A stretch of DNA of 64,000 nucleotides from an uncultured Nitrospirota bacterium (GCA_964483105.1 CAYZZU010000013.1:3552-67551); one strand, 5' to 3'; positions 37,439 through 47,873 are shown, counted from the stretch's first letter. Program-made: numbers and translations. Notes: generated by a model from the sequence alone, not told the origin.

Positions 37439-39316
37439 CTATTCTCCATGATCGGAAAGTCGGGGCTTCTTCCCGGTATGGGACACCCGGGGAGAGCCCC
37501 CCTCCGCCCGGTTGAGAACGGCTAATCTTTGTTTTGCCTTCCGATGGAGCGGTTGCAACCTGAGAACCTTTCGATAACAGCTCTCAGCACGGGAGGAATC
37601 CCCCATCGTCTCATAGGCCTCCCCGAGCAGATAAAACGCCTCTCCGGAATCCGGATGATAGCGGAGAAAGGTATGAAGGGAGGAAATCGCCTTTCCGGGC
37701 ACCCCCTTTTTCAGATAGGCCTCGCCAAGATTGAAATAGACGGTAGCATACCCCGGAGCCATCCACAAGATCTTCTCCCAGACGGATATGGCCTGATCGA
37801 CCAGCCCCTCCGAAAAATAAGATGAGCCTAAATTGTTCCAGGCATCGAGATTCTCCGGGTTGAGGTCAACAGCCGCTTTATAATGATTCACGGCCTGGTC
37901 GATCCGGCCCGTCGATCCATAGGCCAGGCCGATGTTATAATGGATCTCGGAGAGGTCCTCGGGTCTGAATGCAACCGAATTCCGTCCTTCCTTCAATATG
38001 GTCTGGAACTGTTCGATGGCCCGATCAAACGCTCCCGCCCGGATCAATACGTTTCCAAGATTGTTGTGAATCTCCCAATTGTTTTCGGTCACTTCCAGGG
38101 TATGCCGGTAGAGAGTTCGACTGTTCTTCCAATACCCTGTCTGTTTCCAGGTTAAACCGGCGCAGAAGGCAATGACCAGAACACTTCCCCCGATCGAGAT
38201 CCACGAAGAATGGAAGCGGCTTCTCAGGAGGTCCGAGATTCCCCACACTGCAACGATGAAAAAACCGATTGAGGGGAAATAAGTATAACGGTCCGCCATG
38301 GCCTGATGCCCCACCTGGATCAGACCGATCACCGGCACGAGGGTTCCGAAAAACCAGAACCACCCCACAGTAAAATAGGGAACCCTCCTCCGGAAACGCA
38401 GCGCCCCGAGACAGATCAGGAACAACAGAAGACCCGCCCCGGCCACTTGCCATACGCTCCATCCCTTTCCCGTCGCGAGATAAGGGTGGGGATAGAAAAC
38501 CGCCAGGTCGGAGGGCCACATCAGTTTCAACAGATAACGGACATAAGAAACCAGCGCGTTTCCCAGACGAATCGCCGGAGGCACATCAACGGACCGGGCC
38601 ACGGCCCCGGCCGAACGCTGCACCAGGAAGGTAATGATGCTTGAAACAATGGATAAGGTAAAAAGGGGGATCTTTTCCGAAATGAACCGAAGTTCCGATT
38701 CCTCGCGCTTGAGAGGCCAATAGTCCAGGAGGAGCAGAACAAAGGGAAGGGTAACCAGCATCGGTTTGGAGAGTAACCCCAGTGTAAACAGAAAGACGAC
38801 GGGAAGAAAACGGATGAACCCCGGACTGTCGGCGTAACGCAGATAGGCCCAGATCGTGAGCAGCCCGAAAAAGGAGCTCAAGACATCCTTTCGTTCCGCC
38901 ACCCAGGCCACCGATTCCACGTGAAGGGGATGTAAGGCGAAGAGGGCGGCCACCAGCACGCTTCTTCCAAAAGCACCGGTCATTCTCATCAACAGAACGA
39001 AAAGAAGGAGGGTATTCGCGAGATGAAACAGGAGACTGACCAGATGATGACCGGCAGGATTCCGGCCGAAGATCTCGATATCGAGCATGTGCGAGATCCA
39101 GGTCAAAGGATGCCAGTTCGCGGCATAACCGGAGGTCCAGGCCCACCGGATCCCCTCCAAATTCAGACCATGGAGAACCATGGGGTTTTCCGTAACGTAC
39201 TGGTTATCATCCAGCGTGATAAATCCCGCAGAAAGCACCCGCTCGTAGGCGAGGGCTGTCACGAAAAGGAGGAAAAGAAGAATCAGGAGATGGGGCCGGA
39301 TACGTTCTGGAATCAT
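37439..39316 (-). CDS. Multi-TM GT-C/TMTC-like glycosyltransferase with C-terminal TPRs
   Basis: TLDDNQY acidic motif, HPLHVESVAWV.ERKD, ADRYTY; TPR repeats at the C-terminus. Confidence 0.8.
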   Translation of the reverse strand: MIPERIRPHLLILLFLLFVTALAYERVLSAGFITLDDNQYVTENPMVLHGLNLEGIRWAWTSGYAANWHPLTWISHMLDIEIFGRNPAGHHLVSLLFHLANTLLLFVLLMRMTGAFGRSVLVAALFALHPLHVESVAWVAERKDVLSSFFGLLTIWAYLRYADSPGFIRFLPVVFLFTLGLLSKPMLVTLPFVLLLLDYWPLKREESELRFISEKIPLFTLSIVSSIITFLVQRSAGAVARSVDVPPAIRLGNALVSYVRYLLKLMWPSDLAVFYPHPYLATGKGWSVWQVAGAGLLLFLICLGALRFRRRVPYFTVGWFWFFGTLVPVIGLIQVGHQAMADRYTYFPSIGFFIVAVWGISDLLRSRFHSSWISIGGSVLVIAFCAGLTWKQTGYWKNSRTLYRHTLEVTENNWEIHNNLGNVLIRAGAFDRAIEQFQTILKEGRNSVAFRPEDLSEIHYNIGLAYGSTGRIDQAVNHYKAAVDLNPENLDAWNNLGSSYFSEGLVDQAISVWEKILWMAPGYATVYFNLGEAYLKKGVPGKAISSLHTFLRYHPDSGEAFYLLGEAYETMGDSSRAESCYRKVLRLQPLHRKAKQRLAVLNRAEGGSPRVSHTGKKPRLSDHGE

Positions 39317-40935
39317 GGGGCCGGTCTTTCCCCATGCCGCACAACCGAAGGAAATTGGGTACGGTCCGTATGAGGCAGAAACATCGCAGCGTTTAAGAGA
39401 TTCATGAAATCGCCATCCACATTCAGTTCCACATAAGTCACCCGGCTGCAGATCTCTTTGAGTTCCTCCCGTTTCGCATTCGACAGAAGAGTCAGACAGG
39501 CCCCTACGCCGGAACTGTTGTGGAGCAACCGATAGCGTTCAATCGGAATGTCCGGAAGCATCCCGATCGAGACGGCCATCTTAGGGTCGATGTAGGCACC
39601 GAACGTTCCGGCCACATAAAAATGCTTCAGATCCTGGAAGGAGATGCCGGCGTAACGGGTGATCACCGTCAGGGCCGTGTACATCGCCCCCTTGGTCTTC
39701 AAGAGGTTGCCGATATCGAGTTCCGTCAGAACAATCTCCTCGCCCGTCCGGCTCTCTTCCCGGGTCGCCACACGAAAGGCACGTACTCCGTCCGATTCCG
39801 TAACCCGGAGTGAATCGGAGACAATCCTGCCCCGTTCATCGATCATCCCCGAAAGAAAGAGTTCCGCCATCAGGTCGATCAGTCCGGAGCCGCAAATTCC
39901 GGCCGGCGCTCCACCGCCGATGGTCTCATAAATCGGCATCCGCGTCACACGATCGATCCGGACCTTCTCAATGGCACCGGCCGCAGCCCGCATACCGCAC
40001 TTGACCACTCCTCCCTCCAGGGCCGGTCCGGCCGCGCCGGCGGCCACCATCAACCATTCCCGGTTGCCGAGAACAATCTCGGCATTGGTCCCGACATCCA
40101 CGAGAACGGAGGTTTCCCCCTCCCGGTGCATGCCGGAGACCAGCACACCGGCCAGGACATCCCCTCCCACGTAGCTTCCCACATTGGGGAGAACATAGAG
40201 AAGAGCGTGTTCGGACCCGCCCAGGCCGAGATCCCGGGCGGAATAGAGATCCGGACGGTTGAGTACCGGGATATAGGGTTCACGGCAGATTCCGAGGGGA
40301 TTCAGGCCGAGCAGAAAATGGATCATCGTGGTGTTCCCGGCCACGGAAATCGCGTAAAGATGACGTTTGCTGATCCCATGCCTTTGAAGGAGACGAAGAA
40401 CGTTGCGGTTCATGGCGGCAACCGTCCGTTCCTGCAGATTTCCCAACCCTTCCGGCCGCTCACAGGCATGGATCCGGCTCAGAATATCCTCGCCGTAGTC
40501 GATTTGAGGATTTTCGTCGGAGGTTTGATCCAGGAGTGTCCCATTCTCCAGGTCCAGAAGATAATAGACGATGTTGGTCGATCCCAGGTCAACGGCGATT
40601 CCGTAGTTCTGCCGACGACGGTCTCCCGGCTCCACGTCAAGTAGTTTCCTCTCCTTTCGGTCCATTCCAATGGTCAGGGTGATTCGATATCCGGAGGCAT
40701 GGAGAATCTCCGAAGTCTTCCGGACCAGTGAATAGGGGACCTTGACCTTTCCGAGACCGGCTTTTGAGTTCAGGACATCCAGCACCCGGTCCACATCGGC
40801 GCGGTTGTCCTTCAGACTCGGAGCCGGCACCGAGAGAAAGACCTTCCGTACCAGGGGATCCAATTTCCCCCTCTCCATCAACTGTTTTGGAAATTTCCGG
40901 TTCACCAATGGCTCTCTGTCGACAGCATCACGCAA
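39313..40935 (-). CDS. ASKHA-domain protein (RACo/DUF4445-like) lacking the N-terminal 2Fe-2S domain
   Basis: AVDLGST, NPQIDYGEDILSRI, VGGD, DVGTNAE, AAGPALEG, GICGSG, AGTFG. Confidence 0.85.
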   Translation of the reverse strand: MRDAVDREPLVNRKFPKQLMERGKLDPLVRKVFLSVPAPSLKDNRADVDRVLDVLNSKAGLGKVKVPYSLVRKTSEILHASGYRITLTIGMDRKERKLLDVEPGDRRRQNYGIAVDLGSTNIVYYLLDLENGTLLDQTSDENPQIDYGEDILSRIHACERPEGLGNLQERTVAAMNRNVLRLLQRHGISKRHLYAISVAGNTTMIHFLLGLNPLGICREPYIPVLNRPDLYSARDLGLGGSEHALLYVLPNVGSYVGGDVLAGVLVSGMHREGETSVLVDVGTNAEIVLGNREWLMVAAGAAGPALEGGVVKCGMRAAAGAIEKVRIDRVTRMPIYETIGGGAPAGICGSGLIDLMAELFLSGMIDERGRIVSDSLRVTESDGVRAFRVATREESRTGEEIVLTELDIGNLLKTKGAMYTALTVITRYAGISFQDLKHFYVAGTFGAYIDPKMAVSIGMLPDIPIERYRLLHNSSGVGACLTLLSNAKREELKEICSRVTYVELNVDGDFMNLLNAAMFLPHTDRTQFPSVVRHGERPAP

Positions 40936-42912
40936 TTATGGAGCGCAGCTTTCCGCCTCCCCATCTTCTGTTCCCCCACGGTCCTCACTCCGGTAGATCA
41001 CACACCCCATTTCCGAGACATCATATCCCCCGAGGCCGAGAAGGATCTTCTGAAACTCCCGATCTTCCCGGAGGACAGCGAGCAGTCTTCCGAACATTTC
41101 CGTCTCAAAAAACTCCTCCGGAACGGCAAGATCATACCGCTCCCTCGCCACGGGAATGAAATCGAGCGAAAGCGCCCGGGCCGCGGCCAGGATCCCGAGT
41201 CCCGCATCAGCGGTCCCCCCGGCCACGGCGGAGGCAACCCCCATGTGGGTGTATTCCTCACGAGCATAGCCACATACGGATTCCGGTCCGATTCCAAGTT
41301 CGCGAAGAGAATGATCCGTCAGCAGGCGTGTCCCCGAACCTTTCTGGCGGTTGATAAAGACAACATCGTCACGGGTGAGGTCCCGAAACCCCGAAATCCC
41401 TCTGGGATTTCCTTTCCGGACCATCAGACCCTGCCGTCGATACACCAGGTTCACCAGGACAATCCTACGCTCCGGAAGAAATCTCTTTAAAAAGGGGATA
41501 TTGTATTCACCGGTCTCCTCATCGAGCAGATGGGTCCCCGCGAGATGGGCCTCTCCCCGCTTCAGTGCCAGAAGTCCTCCCAGACTTCCCACGTGAGCCG
41601 AAGAAAAAGACATCCCCGGATACCGCTTCTTCAAACGGCTCTCCAGAAGGTCAAGGGCATTGTCGTGGCTTCCGATGCAGACCAGGGTCCGTTCGATCTC
41701 CCGCCGCGAACGAACGAGGGTAACCGGCACGGTCTCACCGCCTGCAATCCCCTCGCTCAGAGCGGGAATCCGGATCACCCCGTCGGCCCGCACCAGGGAC
41801 ATGAGCCTCCCGGCCCCCCTGGAGACCGGCGTAGCGATCAACCGCCGACCCACCTGGCCCACCTTGACACGGAGAAACTCCTCCTGTCCGAGGGTTGAGG
41901 CGACCTGTCTGGAGAGTGTGGCCTGAACTCTCCTCTCCTCCGGAAGAGGACGTCCCTGCCAGGCATGGATGAGCGGCCTGACGAAGAGTTCGAGTGTCAG
42001 GACCGCCGAAACCGGATAACCCGGAATCCCCACGACCGGTTTGCCCTGAGCCAACCCCAGAATGACCGGTTTGCCGGGTTTGATACGGACCCCCTGCACC
42101 AGGACCTCTCCCAACTCCCGGAAGGCATGAACCGTATAGTCTTCCCTTCCAGCGGAAGAACCGGCGTTGACGAGCACCAGATCCGCCTTCTTCAGGGAAT
42201 CGCGTACGGTCTCTGTCAGGCGTTCCAGATCATCCGGAACGATCTCATTCCGGTACGGCTCCGCCCCCCACTCTTTCAACATACCGCAGAGGATCCTGGA
42301 GTTGAATTCGATAATCTTTCCCTTTCCAATCCCGGAGCCCGGCTGAACCAGCTCATTGCCCGTAGGAATCACAGCCACAACGGGACGGCGACGGACCCGG
42401 ATCTCAGTCACCCCGCCCGCCAGGACGGCACCTACATCCACCGGTCGGATTTTATGATTTTCCGGAAGGATCATTTCCGTGGCCACCATGTCCTCCCCCA
42501 TGGTTCGGACGTGCTGGTAGGGAGTGACCGGAGCAATAATCTCGATTTCGTCCTCCCCCGAACGTTCCAGGTCCTCCACCATGATCACGGCATCCATCCC
42601 CTCCGGAAGGGGGTCCCCGGTATCCACGAAGAGGGCCTCCCGACCGATCTTAAGCCGTACGGGCGTTGTCTCGGAGGCACCGAGGGTATCGGAAAACCTC
42701 ACAGCCACGCCGTCCATGGCCGACCCGTGATAGGAAGGAGAAGACAAACGGGCGATCACCGCCTCGGACGTGATTCGCCCCAAGGCGTCATCCACCGGAA
42801 TCAGCTCCCCGGGAAGGGGTGAGTCCGCGCCGTGTGAAGAAAGGATCTTCTCCCAGAGGGAAAGCGCCTGATCCAGGGAGGTACTTTCCGGATAGATCTG
42901 TCTCTTAACCAC
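40936..42912 (-). CDS. moeA: Molybdopterin molybdotransferase MoeA fused to a periplasmic-binding (PBP/LysR-type) domain
   Basis: SAMDG, VDTGD, PTGNE, KPGKP, GIPGYPVS; C-terminal GSHD...GS.GGL..L.RGEAH.AG; GTG start 42912. Confidence 0.9.
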   Translation of the reverse strand: MVKRQIYPESTSLDQALSLWEKILSSHGADSPLPGELIPVDDALGRITSEAVIARLSSPSYHGSAMDGVAVRFSDTLGASETTPVRLKIGREALFVDTGDPLPEGMDAVIMVEDLERSGEDEIEIIAPVTPYQHVRTMGEDMVATEMILPENHKIRPVDVGAVLAGGVTEIRVRRRPVVAVIPTGNELVQPGSGIGKGKIIEFNSRILCGMLKEWGAEPYRNEIVPDDLERLTETVRDSLKKADLVLVNAGSSAGREDYTVHAFRELGEVLVQGVRIKPGKPVILGLAQGKPVVGIPGYPVSAVLTLELFVRPLIHAWQGRPLPEERRVQATLSRQVASTLGQEEFLRVKVGQVGRRLIATPVSRGAGRLMSLVRADGVIRIPALSEGIAGGETVPVTLVRSRREIERTLVCIGSHDNALDLLESRLKKRYPGMSFSSAHVGSLGGLLALKRGEAHLAGTHLLDEETGEYNIPFLKRFLPERRIVLVNLVYRRQGLMVRKGNPRGISGFRDLTRDDVVFINRQKGSGTRLLTDHSLRELGIGPESVCGYAREEYTHMGVASAVAGGTADAGLGILAAARALSLDFIPVARERYDLAVPEEFFETEMFGRLLAVLREDREFQKILLGLGGYDVSEMGCVIYRSEDRGGTEDGEAESCAP

Positions 42913-42929
42913 AACCGGGACTCCTTCTT

Positions 42930-44207
42930 TCAAAAAAGACGCACATCCACCTCTTCTCCCTTTTCCACACCGAGTTGGTTTTCCGGGATCACAACCGTTC
43001 CCGCCGCATCGACCAGCGTGGAAATGAGACCTGATTTCCCCAGAATGGGACGCGCCCGAACCTCCTTCCCTTCCATCTCCAGGGCCACACGAATATAGTC
43101 TTCCCGTCCCGCGCGGGATGCGACACTGCGGGTGATCCGGGCACGAACCCCTTGCCTCCCGAACCGGTCCCACAAGGGTATCTCCTCTCCACTGAGCTTC
43201 CGGAGCCAGGGTCTGACAAAGAGATCATATCCGATCACCACCGCCGCCGGATGCCCCGGAAGACCGAAGACAGGCCGATCCCCGATCAGGGCGCAGAGAG
43301 TCGGCTTACCCGGTTTGACGGCCACACCGTGTACCAGGATCCCCGGTCCTCCAAAGGAGGCGAGTATCCTGGCCGTCAAATCCCGCGTCCCCACGGAACT
43401 CCCCCCGGAAAGAATCACCAGAGAGGTTTCCCGTACGGCGCGCTCCACCGCCTCCCGCAGCCGATCTTCATCATCCGGGATAATGGGAAATCGGACCGGG
43501 AGCCCTCCGGCCTGCTCGATCAGGGCCGAAAGATGATAGGAATTGATATCGCGCACCTGCCCCGGAGCGGCGGCCCGGTCCGGGGGGATGATCTCATCTC
43601 CCGTGGGGATGACCGCAACCCGGGGGCGATGGAAAACGGGCACCCGGGTGACTCCGACTCCGCAGAGTGCACCGATGTCCTGGGGCCGGATTCGATGTCC
43701 CCGTTTCAGGATAATCTCCCCCAGCTCCATGTCTTCGCCGGCCCGGATCACATTCTCACCGGGTGCCACGGGTTTTGTCACCTCGAGCATGTGATCATCC
43801 ACCTGAGAGGTATACTCCAGCATGACAACGGCGTCAGCCCCTTCCGGCAGCATTCCACCGGTAGCAATCTTCATCGCCTCCGCATTCCCGACCTCCCCGA
43901 CGGCTTCCTTCCCCATCGCAACCTTCCCGGTCAATGCGAGATAGGCGGGAAGGGCCTCGGTCGCCCCAAAGGTATCCCGCCCCCGGACAGCGTAACCGTC
44001 CATGGTCGACCTTGTAAAAGGAGGCAGATTCTCCGGAGAGCGCAGATCCCGACTCACCACCCGTCCCAATGTATCGGTCGTCGGGATCTCTTCTTCTCCG
44101 GGAAGAGGACACGCTGCATAAAATTTTTTCAACAGCACCTGCGTCTCTTCTCTCGGGAAGAGATCAGAACGCCCCAGCATATCCCGAATGTTCCGGTTCC
44201 CGTCCAT
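42930..44207 (-). CDS. moeA: Molybdopterin molybdotransferase MoeA
   Basis: RSTMDGYAV, IATGG, PTGDE, SGGSSVG, KPGKP, GLPGHP. Confidence 0.93.
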   Translation of the reverse strand: MDGNRNIRDMLGRSDLFPREETQVLLKKFYAACPLPGEEEIPTTDTLGRVVSRDLRSPENLPPFTRSTMDGYAVRGRDTFGATEALPAYLALTGKVAMGKEAVGEVGNAEAMKIATGGMLPEGADAVVMLEYTSQVDDHMLEVTKPVAPGENVIRAGEDMELGEIILKRGHRIRPQDIGALCGVGVTRVPVFHRPRVAVIPTGDEIIPPDRAAAPGQVRDINSYHLSALIEQAGGLPVRFPIIPDDEDRLREAVERAVRETSLVILSGGSSVGTRDLTARILASFGGPGILVHGVAVKPGKPTLCALIGDRPVFGLPGHPAAVVIGYDLFVRPWLRKLSGEEIPLWDRFGRQGVRARITRSVASRAGREDYIRVALEMEGKEVRARPILGKSGLISTLVDAAGTVVIPENQLGVEKGEEVDVRLF

Positions 44208-44314
44208 GCATAATTTCCTTCTCAGGAGTCCTCTGTATCCGCATCGCTGTGAACCCGTTTTATATCACACTTGAAATGCCTGTGACAAACGCTTCTTTAC
44301 ACCCGGCGCACCAC

Positions 44315-44353
44315 AAAAAAAAACCGCTGCCCGATCTCAAAGATGGGCAGCGG
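44315..44353 (-). terminator. Intrinsic terminator after the cytochrome c554-like gene
   Basis: ccgctgccc...gggcagcgg stem with an A run on + (U run on -). Confidence 0.8.
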
Positions 44354-44392
44354 CTGAGCCGGTGCAGGATAGAGCTTACCGAAACCGGTTGT

Positions 44393-44908
44393 CTAATGTT
44401 TCTTCCTGAGAGGGAAATGCTGATGCGTTCCTTCCTTCTTCCGTTCCTCAAAATTAAAGGATTTGAAGAAGGGGCTTTGGGGGTTATGGCACTTGGTACA
44501 AGTCTTCTCGTTAGGAAGCACAAACCCCTTGGCCTGGATATCGGCAAGCTTGAAATTCCGGTTGGTCATCATCACCTTCATATAAGCCGAACCGGGACCG
44601 TGACAGGCTTCGCACTGGACACCCGGCATATCGGCCTTGCCGTTTGTCGTATGACAACCCAGACATTTCGCGTCGGTGGTATAGTCCTTGTTGGCATCCA
44701 GTCCCGCCTTGGTCTTGGCATCGGCGGCAACTCCCGACTTCAGCAGTTCAAAGGCATTGGCCATTTTGGTTTTCGCCCAGCTCTTGTACTCTTTCATGTG
44801 GCACATCCGGCATTTTTTCACACCGACATAATTCGCGGCGTAAAGATCAGACGCCCCTACAAAAACAAAAACAGATACCATGAACATCAACATCCACTTT
44901 TTCATCAC
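44393..44908 (-). CDS. Periplasmic tetraheme cytochrome c (c554-like)
   Basis: Signal peptide; YVG..KCRMCH, CLGCH, GVQCEACHGPGS, CTKCH. Confidence 0.88.
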   Translation of the reverse strand: MMKKWMLMFMVSVFVFVGASDLYAANYVGVKKCRMCHMKEYKSWAKTKMANAFELLKSGVAADAKTKAGLDANKDYTTDAKCLGCHTTNGKADMPGVQCEACHGPGSAYMKVMMTNRNFKLADIQAKGFVLPNEKTCTKCHNPQSPFFKSFNFEERKKEGTHQHFPLRKKH

Positions 44909-44963
44909 CTTTCTCCTCCTTTTGGGTTTGAATGAAATGAATGAAATGAACTCCTGCCTCTCC

Positions 44964-44981
44964 AGCTTATTCGAATAAGCT
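44964..44981. promoter_or_regulatory. Perfect 18-bp palindrome, candidate operator
   Basis: AGCTTATTCGAATAAGCT, 55 bp upstream of the cytochrome start. Confidence 0.55.
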
Positions 44982-45344
44982 TATATACATCAAAGACGAT
45001 ATCGAGTCAAATATATTCGAAGCCCTTGCCGTTTTTTTTCTACCACGCAAGATCAGGTTGCGGCAAGATGACCTCCGGATCCTCTTTTTCATTGAATTTT
45101 CTTTACGATACGTTCTGATTTTCCGCTCTGCGATGCTCGGGTGCGTGGAGGGGGCACGCTCCCCCTGCGGGGGAGTCTGGTTTGCATAGCTTGTCGATCC
45201 TGTTCATCCTGTCAAAAAGGTTTGTTTTTTTGATGGGTGAATGGTTTTTCGCTTTGGACCTCATCACCCCGGGAAATTGGGGAAACTTCTGGCGAACCAG
45301 GTCTTGATCCCCGGTCCCGTTTCCGGTAAAATGGCACCTCAATC

Positions 45345-46181
45345 ATGAAAAAAAATCCATCCGTCAGCGTGATCATCCCCACCTGGAACCGATTTTCACT
45401 ACTCTGTGAAGCAATTGAATCGGTTCTCGCTCAGGAAGATCCCGACTTTGAGCTGATTGTCGTGGATGACGGATCCACGGATGAAACCCCTGACATTCAG
45501 ACCCTGTACGAAGGCCGGCTCTTTTATATCTATCAGAAGAACCGTGGAGTCAGCGCGGCAAGAAACCGGGGAATCTCTTTCGCACGGGGGAAGTGGATCG
45601 CCTTTCTCGACTCGGACGACCTCTGGAAACCGGAAAAACTCAAGATCCAGAAGGCGGCCATGTTGAATCACCCCGAAATCCGGATTTCCTACACCGAGGA
45701 AATTTGGTACCGGAAAGGCATCCGGGTCAATCCCATGAAAAAACACGCCAAGCATTCGGGATGGATCTTTCGACACTGCCTTCCGCTTTGCATCATCAGC
45801 CCCTCTTCGGTGATGATCCGGAGATCTCTCTTCCGTGAAGTCGGCACCTTTGATGAAAACCTTCCCGTTTGTGAAGACTATGATATGTGGCTTAGGATCA
45901 CCCGGAAATTCCCTGTCCATCTGATTCGCGAGCCCTTGATCATCAAACGGAACGGGCATGGGAAACAACTCTCAGCCTGCGGCTGGGGTTTTGACCGGTA
46001 CCGGGTCCGGAGTCTCTTAAAACTGCTTGATTCAGGAACATTGACCCCCCTCCAGGCCCGGTCTGCAAGGAAGATCTTACAACAAAAATGCGCGATTCTT
46101 TCCCGGGGCTTTTATAAACACGGGAAGATCGAAGAGGCAAGATATTATGAGGCGTTGTCGTTTCAGGCGCGAGGTGAGTGA
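45345..46181 (+). CDS. Glycosyltransferase family 2
   Basis: VSVIIPTWNR, VVDDGSTD, GVSAARN, FLDSDD, EDYDMW. Confidence 0.93.
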   Translation: MKKNPSVSVIIPTWNRFSLLCEAIESVLAQEDPDFELIVVDDGSTDETPDIQTLYEGRLFYIYQKNRGVSAARNRGISFARGKWIAFLDSDDLWKPEKLKIQKAAMLNHPEIRISYTEEIWYRKGIRVNPMKKHAKHSGWIFRHCLPLCIISPSSVMIRRSLFREVGTFDENLPVCEDYDMWLRITRKFPVHLIREPLIIKRNGHGKQLSACGWGFDRYRVRSLLKLLDSGTLTPLQARSARKILQQKCAILSRGFYKHGKIEEARYYEALSFQARGE

Positions 46182-46289
46182 AATCACACAATCAGATTGA
46201 TTTCCCACTCCAATCATGTTAAGCTCACAACAGATCTTGTGCCGATATCCGTTTTGGTTTGATTCTGACGAATCAGGTTCCATTCCACG

Positions 46290-47795
46290 ATGAAATTTTT
46301 CCAGAAACTGAATCAAAGTCTGAAGGCCCGTTTTATCATCTTCCTCGCGTTGATTCTGACCTTCACCATCGGTGTCTCCTCCTACATCGATTTCCAGATC
46401 CAGTACAACCAGCTCGTCGATTTTTCCAAGGAGAAGCTTCGTGACCTCTCGGATACCATCGAACGAAGCATCAAACATGCCATGAAACAGGGAAGGAGCA
46501 AGGACGTCAAGCAGATCCTGCAGACGGTGGGAACTCTCCCGGATATCGAAAGGATCCGGATTTTTTCCCGACATGGAAGAATTCTGATCTCCAGCCTCCC
46601 GAACGAAAAGGGAAGGATGGTCGACCCGCATGATCTGAAGCTCTTTCACGCACGGAAATTCGCGACGGTCTACGATTTCAACAATCTTCAACAGCCGACC
46701 TTCTGCGTGATCAAACCGATCATCAATGAACCTCCCTGCTTTCGATGCCACGGGACGAATCCGAATCAGATCAACGGGGTTCTTGAACTGGAGGTTTCCA
46801 TGGACAAGGTGCATCGGCGCCTTTCCAGAGTCCGAAGATTCATGATCCTCTCCACACTCTCAACGCTCCTGGTCCTGTCCATATCGATCATCTTTCTCCT
46901 GTCCCACCTGGTAAACAAGCCGATCAACAACCTGATCACGACCATGCGGAAAACCCAGGCCGGGGACCTGACCGCCCGTGTCAAGCCGGAATCCACTCTC
47001 GAATTCAGAGAACTGGGGCGGAATTTCAACTCAACCATCTCCAAGCTCGAAAAGGCACAAAAGGGACTGAAACATCTGCATGAACAACAGATGGAGCGGG
47101 TATCCCGCCTGGCCACGATCGGTGAACTGGCTGCGGGAATCGCCCACGAGATCAAAAATCCAATCGCCGGAATCGGAGGGGCCATCCAGATCCTGATGCA
47201 GGACCTCTCCCACAAGGATCCGCGACGGGAAATCTTTGAGGAGATTCTCAAACAGATCGACCGGATCGACCAGGATGTGAAGGACCTGTTAAGTTACGCA
47301 CGAACTGCGAAACCGACCCTGGCGGAACAAAACATAAATATCCTCGTTCAGCAGTCTCTGCTCCTGATCCGTGACCGGGCGGCACAAAAAAATGTTAAGA
47401 TCATCACCGAACTGGACGATACAATTCCCAGAATCGAGGTGGACGAAAAACAAATCCAGCAGGTCCTGGTCAATCTCGCACTCAATGGCATCCAGGCCAT
47501 GCCGGATGGGGGAAGGCTCACCTTCTCTTCCAGGATCCAGAACCATGAGAGCGGGAAAACCTATATGGAGATCCGGGTTGAAGACACAGGGAAGGGAATT
47601 CCGCCGGAAAACCTGTCCAAGATCTTCACTCCCTTCTTCACAACCCGGCATACCGGCACCGGGCTGGGGCTTCCAATCAGTCAGAAGATCATCCAACAGC
47701 ATCATGGAAAGATCCAGGTAAGAAGCAAATTGGGCGAAGGGACCTGTTTTACGATCCTGCTCCCTGTGACAAGGACCGGCGCAATGGTATCATGA
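46290..47795 (+). CDS. Sensor histidine kinase with a periplasmic heme-c motif
   Basis: TM-periplasmic domain (CFRCH)-TM-HAMP; AHEIKNP H-box; N, G1 and G2 boxes. Confidence 0.93.
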   Translation: MKFFQKLNQSLKARFIIFLALILTFTIGVSSYIDFQIQYNQLVDFSKEKLRDLSDTIERSIKHAMKQGRSKDVKQILQTVGTLPDIERIRIFSRHGRILISSLPNEKGRMVDPHDLKLFHARKFATVYDFNNLQQPTFCVIKPIINEPPCFRCHGTNPNQINGVLELEVSMDKVHRRLSRVRRFMILSTLSTLLVLSISIIFLLSHLVNKPINNLITTMRKTQAGDLTARVKPESTLEFRELGRNFNSTISKLEKAQKGLKHLHEQQMERVSRLATIGELAAGIAHEIKNPIAGIGGAIQILMQDLSHKDPRREIFEEILKQIDRIDQDVKDLLSYARTAKPTLAEQNINILVQQSLLLIRDRAAQKNVKIITELDDTIPRIEVDEKQIQQVLVNLALNGIQAMPDGGRLTFSSRIQNHESGKTYMEIRVEDTGKGIPPENLSKIFTPFFTTRHTGTGLGLPISQKIIQQHHGKIQVRSKLGEGTCFTILLPVTRTGAMVS

Positions 47796-47873
47796 TTCTC
47801 CTCAAAACCGACGGCTTCTCGAAAGGTTCGTCCTTGTTCAACAGGCCGTCAAACCTGCAGGGTTGAGGGAAGC

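Noticed and set aside
44240-44270. ModE box upstream of moeA
   Set aside because: Only ATCGCT matches; the rest of ATCGNTATATA-N6-TATATANCGAT is not met.
45130-45200. c-di-GMP-I riboswitch (GCAAACC followed by a hairpin on the minus strand)
   Set aside because: Lacks the GAAA tetraloop and GGGACGCAAAG core; only a simple GC hairpin.
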